In this document: positions 62,321 through 64,000 of the stretch, in pieces
How the letters are laid out: every line of letters starts with the position of its first letter
Position numbering within the stretch: the stretch's first letter is position 1
DNA from: an uncultured bacterium
GTDB taxonomy: Bacteria > Krumholzibacteriota > Krumholzibacteriia > Krumholzibacteriales > Krumholzibacteriaceae
DNA length: 64,000 nucleotides
Assembly: GCA_963813815.1 (NCBI GenBank)
Contig: CAWFAD010000012.1
Span: forward strand, 185,421-249,420
Direction of reading: 5' to 3'
Made by a program: the position numbers and the translations under genes
The notes under the pieces: generated by a model
The model's database searches: none
Seen by the model: the letters and a program-made list of their open reading frames with translations, nothing else
Told to the model about the DNA's origin: nothing

Positions 62321-63435
62321 ATGAAGTACTTGTTTCCCGTTCTGGCCGCGGCGCTCATCGCCGTATTCCCGGGATGTTTTCTGAGCGAGGACTCGCCGAT
62401 CTCGCCGGAGCCGGTCCCGGAGGTCCCGGCCACCGTGATCAATCTCGACTCGCCGACCGGCGGGTTCACGACCGCGGATGAGGCGCCCGCCTTCGGCGAG
62501 CCCGAGGCGTACGCGGCGCTTTCCATAGAGGCGCCCGTGCTCGACCCGATCGTGAACACCTACGAGTACCAGACTCGAGCTCCGCGCCGACGGCGCCCGG
62601 ATCTTGGAGCTCCGCGCCGTCTGGGGCGACCTGTTCGATATCGACGACTCCACGCAAACCGAACCGTGCCCGCTCGACTGGTCCGGAACGCTCCATCTCT
62701 CGGGCGGCCTCGTGTGCATGCTGAAAACGATCGCCTTCGAGCCCGGCGATTCTCTCTACCGCATCGACCAATCGACGATCGGCTTCGTCTCGCGGACGGG
62801 TCCGCACGTCGACGGCATACACGTGAGGCTCGTGCTGCCGCCGGTTCCTCCGGAGGACAGCGCGAGCTTCGACAAGACGGCGCAGCGGCTCGTGCTCACG
62901 ACGGGGCCTTACAGCCGGACCTTCACGATCGACGAGCTCGCCGCGCTGAACCTCATCGAGCCCGTCGACCGATGCGGCAACGGCATATCGATCGCGAGCG
63001 TCCCGGTCCTTCCGCTGTGCCCGCATGGCCAGCTCTTCGGCGGGTCGAAGCTTCTGCCGGCCGACAGCGTCGCGGCGCCGGATTCGAACGGCACCGTGTA
63101 CGGCAACTTCAGGGGTGTCTGGGTGGGCGGGCGGCCGGATCGCCGGCCACCTGCGCGGCGTCTTCGGAATGAGGAGCGACGGCGCGCCGCGGGTGTTCTT
63201 CGGAAAGTACATCGACACGACCGGCCGCTTCATGGGGATCCTCCGGGGCGAATACGGCTCGCGCCTCGACGGGGACGCGTGCATCGAGTCCCGCGCGGTT
63301 ACTTCGTCGGCCAGTCGATTCGGCGAGGAAATGGAAGCGCAGGGGCGGCTCAAGGGCCTTTGGATGATAGACGAAGACACTGGTAGAGGATGCTTCCACG
63401 GCGTGTGGGGTGTCAACTGCAGCTCGAATCTCTGA
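62321..63435 (+). CDS. Lipoprotein of unknown function, split by two apparent frameshifts (~62573, ~63129)
   Basis: MKYLFPVLAAALIAVFPG-C; GGFTTADEAPAFG; pieces rejoin (YEYQ|LELRADGARILELRAVWG; GVWVG|GGRIAGHLRGVFG); C-terminal G.F/W.G repeats. Confidence 0.75.
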
Positions 63436-63460
63436 CCGCGCCGCGCGTTCATCCTCGACA

Positions 63461-63494
63461 GCGGGGCCGCAAGCAGCTGCGGCCCCGTTTTTTT
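63461..63494 (+). terminator. Rho-independent terminator
   Basis: GCGGGGCCGCA/TGCGGCCCCGT stem plus T run. Confidence 0.85.
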
Positions 63495-64000
63495 ATCTCC
63501 CCTGCCGGCTTCCGCGGGCCGCGACGCCGGTGAGACGCCTCGGCAGCGCCACGTCGAGCTCCGCGGCGAGCACGGCGAGAAACGCCCTCACGGCGGCGCT
63601 CAGGTACCCGCGCGCGGGAATGACGATCCCGAGCGTGCGCTCGAGGGCGAGATCGGCCACCTTCGGGGCGCGCACGAGCCCCCGCCGCACGTCGTCGCGG
63701 GCGACGCGCTCCGGCAGGATGGCGAGCCCGAGCCCCGCGGCGACGAGATTCCGTATGGCCTCGGGGCTATCGGTCGTGATCGTGACGCGCGGCGTGGCGC
63801 CGTGCCTCGCGAGCCCCTCCTCGATGATGCGCCTCGTCGTCGCGCCCTCGTGGAACGAGATAAAAGCCTCCCCCGAGAGATTCCGCCGGCGCGAGCCGGC
63901 GCTTGCGCGCCAGCGGATGCCCCGGCGGGGCGATGAGGACGAGCCGCTCCCGGGTCACCGGATGAACCTCGAGATCGCCGCCGCGCTCGACGGGGAGCGT
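63493..64000 (-). CDS. LysR-family regulator, C-terminal substrate-binding domain (5' truncated; apparent +1 frameshift at ~63881)
   Basis: ERLVLIAPPGHPLA..DLSGEAFI..DSPEAIRNLVAAGLGLAILP..LSAAVRAF. Confidence 0.85.

Noticed and set aside
62578..62619. 13-bp direct repeat GAGCTCCGCGCCG, two copies
   Set aside because: Only two copies, coding a repeated ELRA peptide; not a CRISPR or target-site duplication.

Overview
High-GC, mostly minus-strand chromosomal segment from a diderm bacterium. The many FlgD/T9SS-like C-terminal domains and the PorV-like gene suggest an FCB-related candidate phylum such as Latescibacterota/Krumholzibacteriota (inference). Housekeeping content: phoH-pgpH-ybeY-CBS-DUF502-recO-glyQ-glyS, hisS-aspS, a short sigma70 followed by M23 peptidase-amidase-cdaR, lpxH-like, rlmN, ppx with an NtrX-like regulator, an ECF sigma/anti-sigma operon, eno-ftsB-tRNA-fMet, a Ktr/Trk K+ transporter, SSS and MFS transporters, and an ADP-forming acyl-CoA ligase. 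Several large secreted proteins and lipoproteins are also present. The most interesting locus is 31.5-37 kb: a small secreted Gly/Asp-rich precursor-like gene is co-transcribed with a 1019-aa TPR-repeat sigma54 activator. Downstream lie an inverted-repeat enhancer candidate, a sigma54 promoter driving a hairpin RNA, a second promoter-bearing three-way-junction RNA, and a lipoprotein with a perfect sigma54 promoter. This is a candidate RRNPP-like peptide-sensing/sigma54/sRNA circuit. A third structured RNA and a possible uORF precede the large secreted protein at 3.3-6.4 kb. Six apparent single-base frameshifts near the two window ends are probably sequencing errors. No CRISPR, rRNA or mobile element was seen. 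All calls come from reading motifs by eye; no database searches were run.
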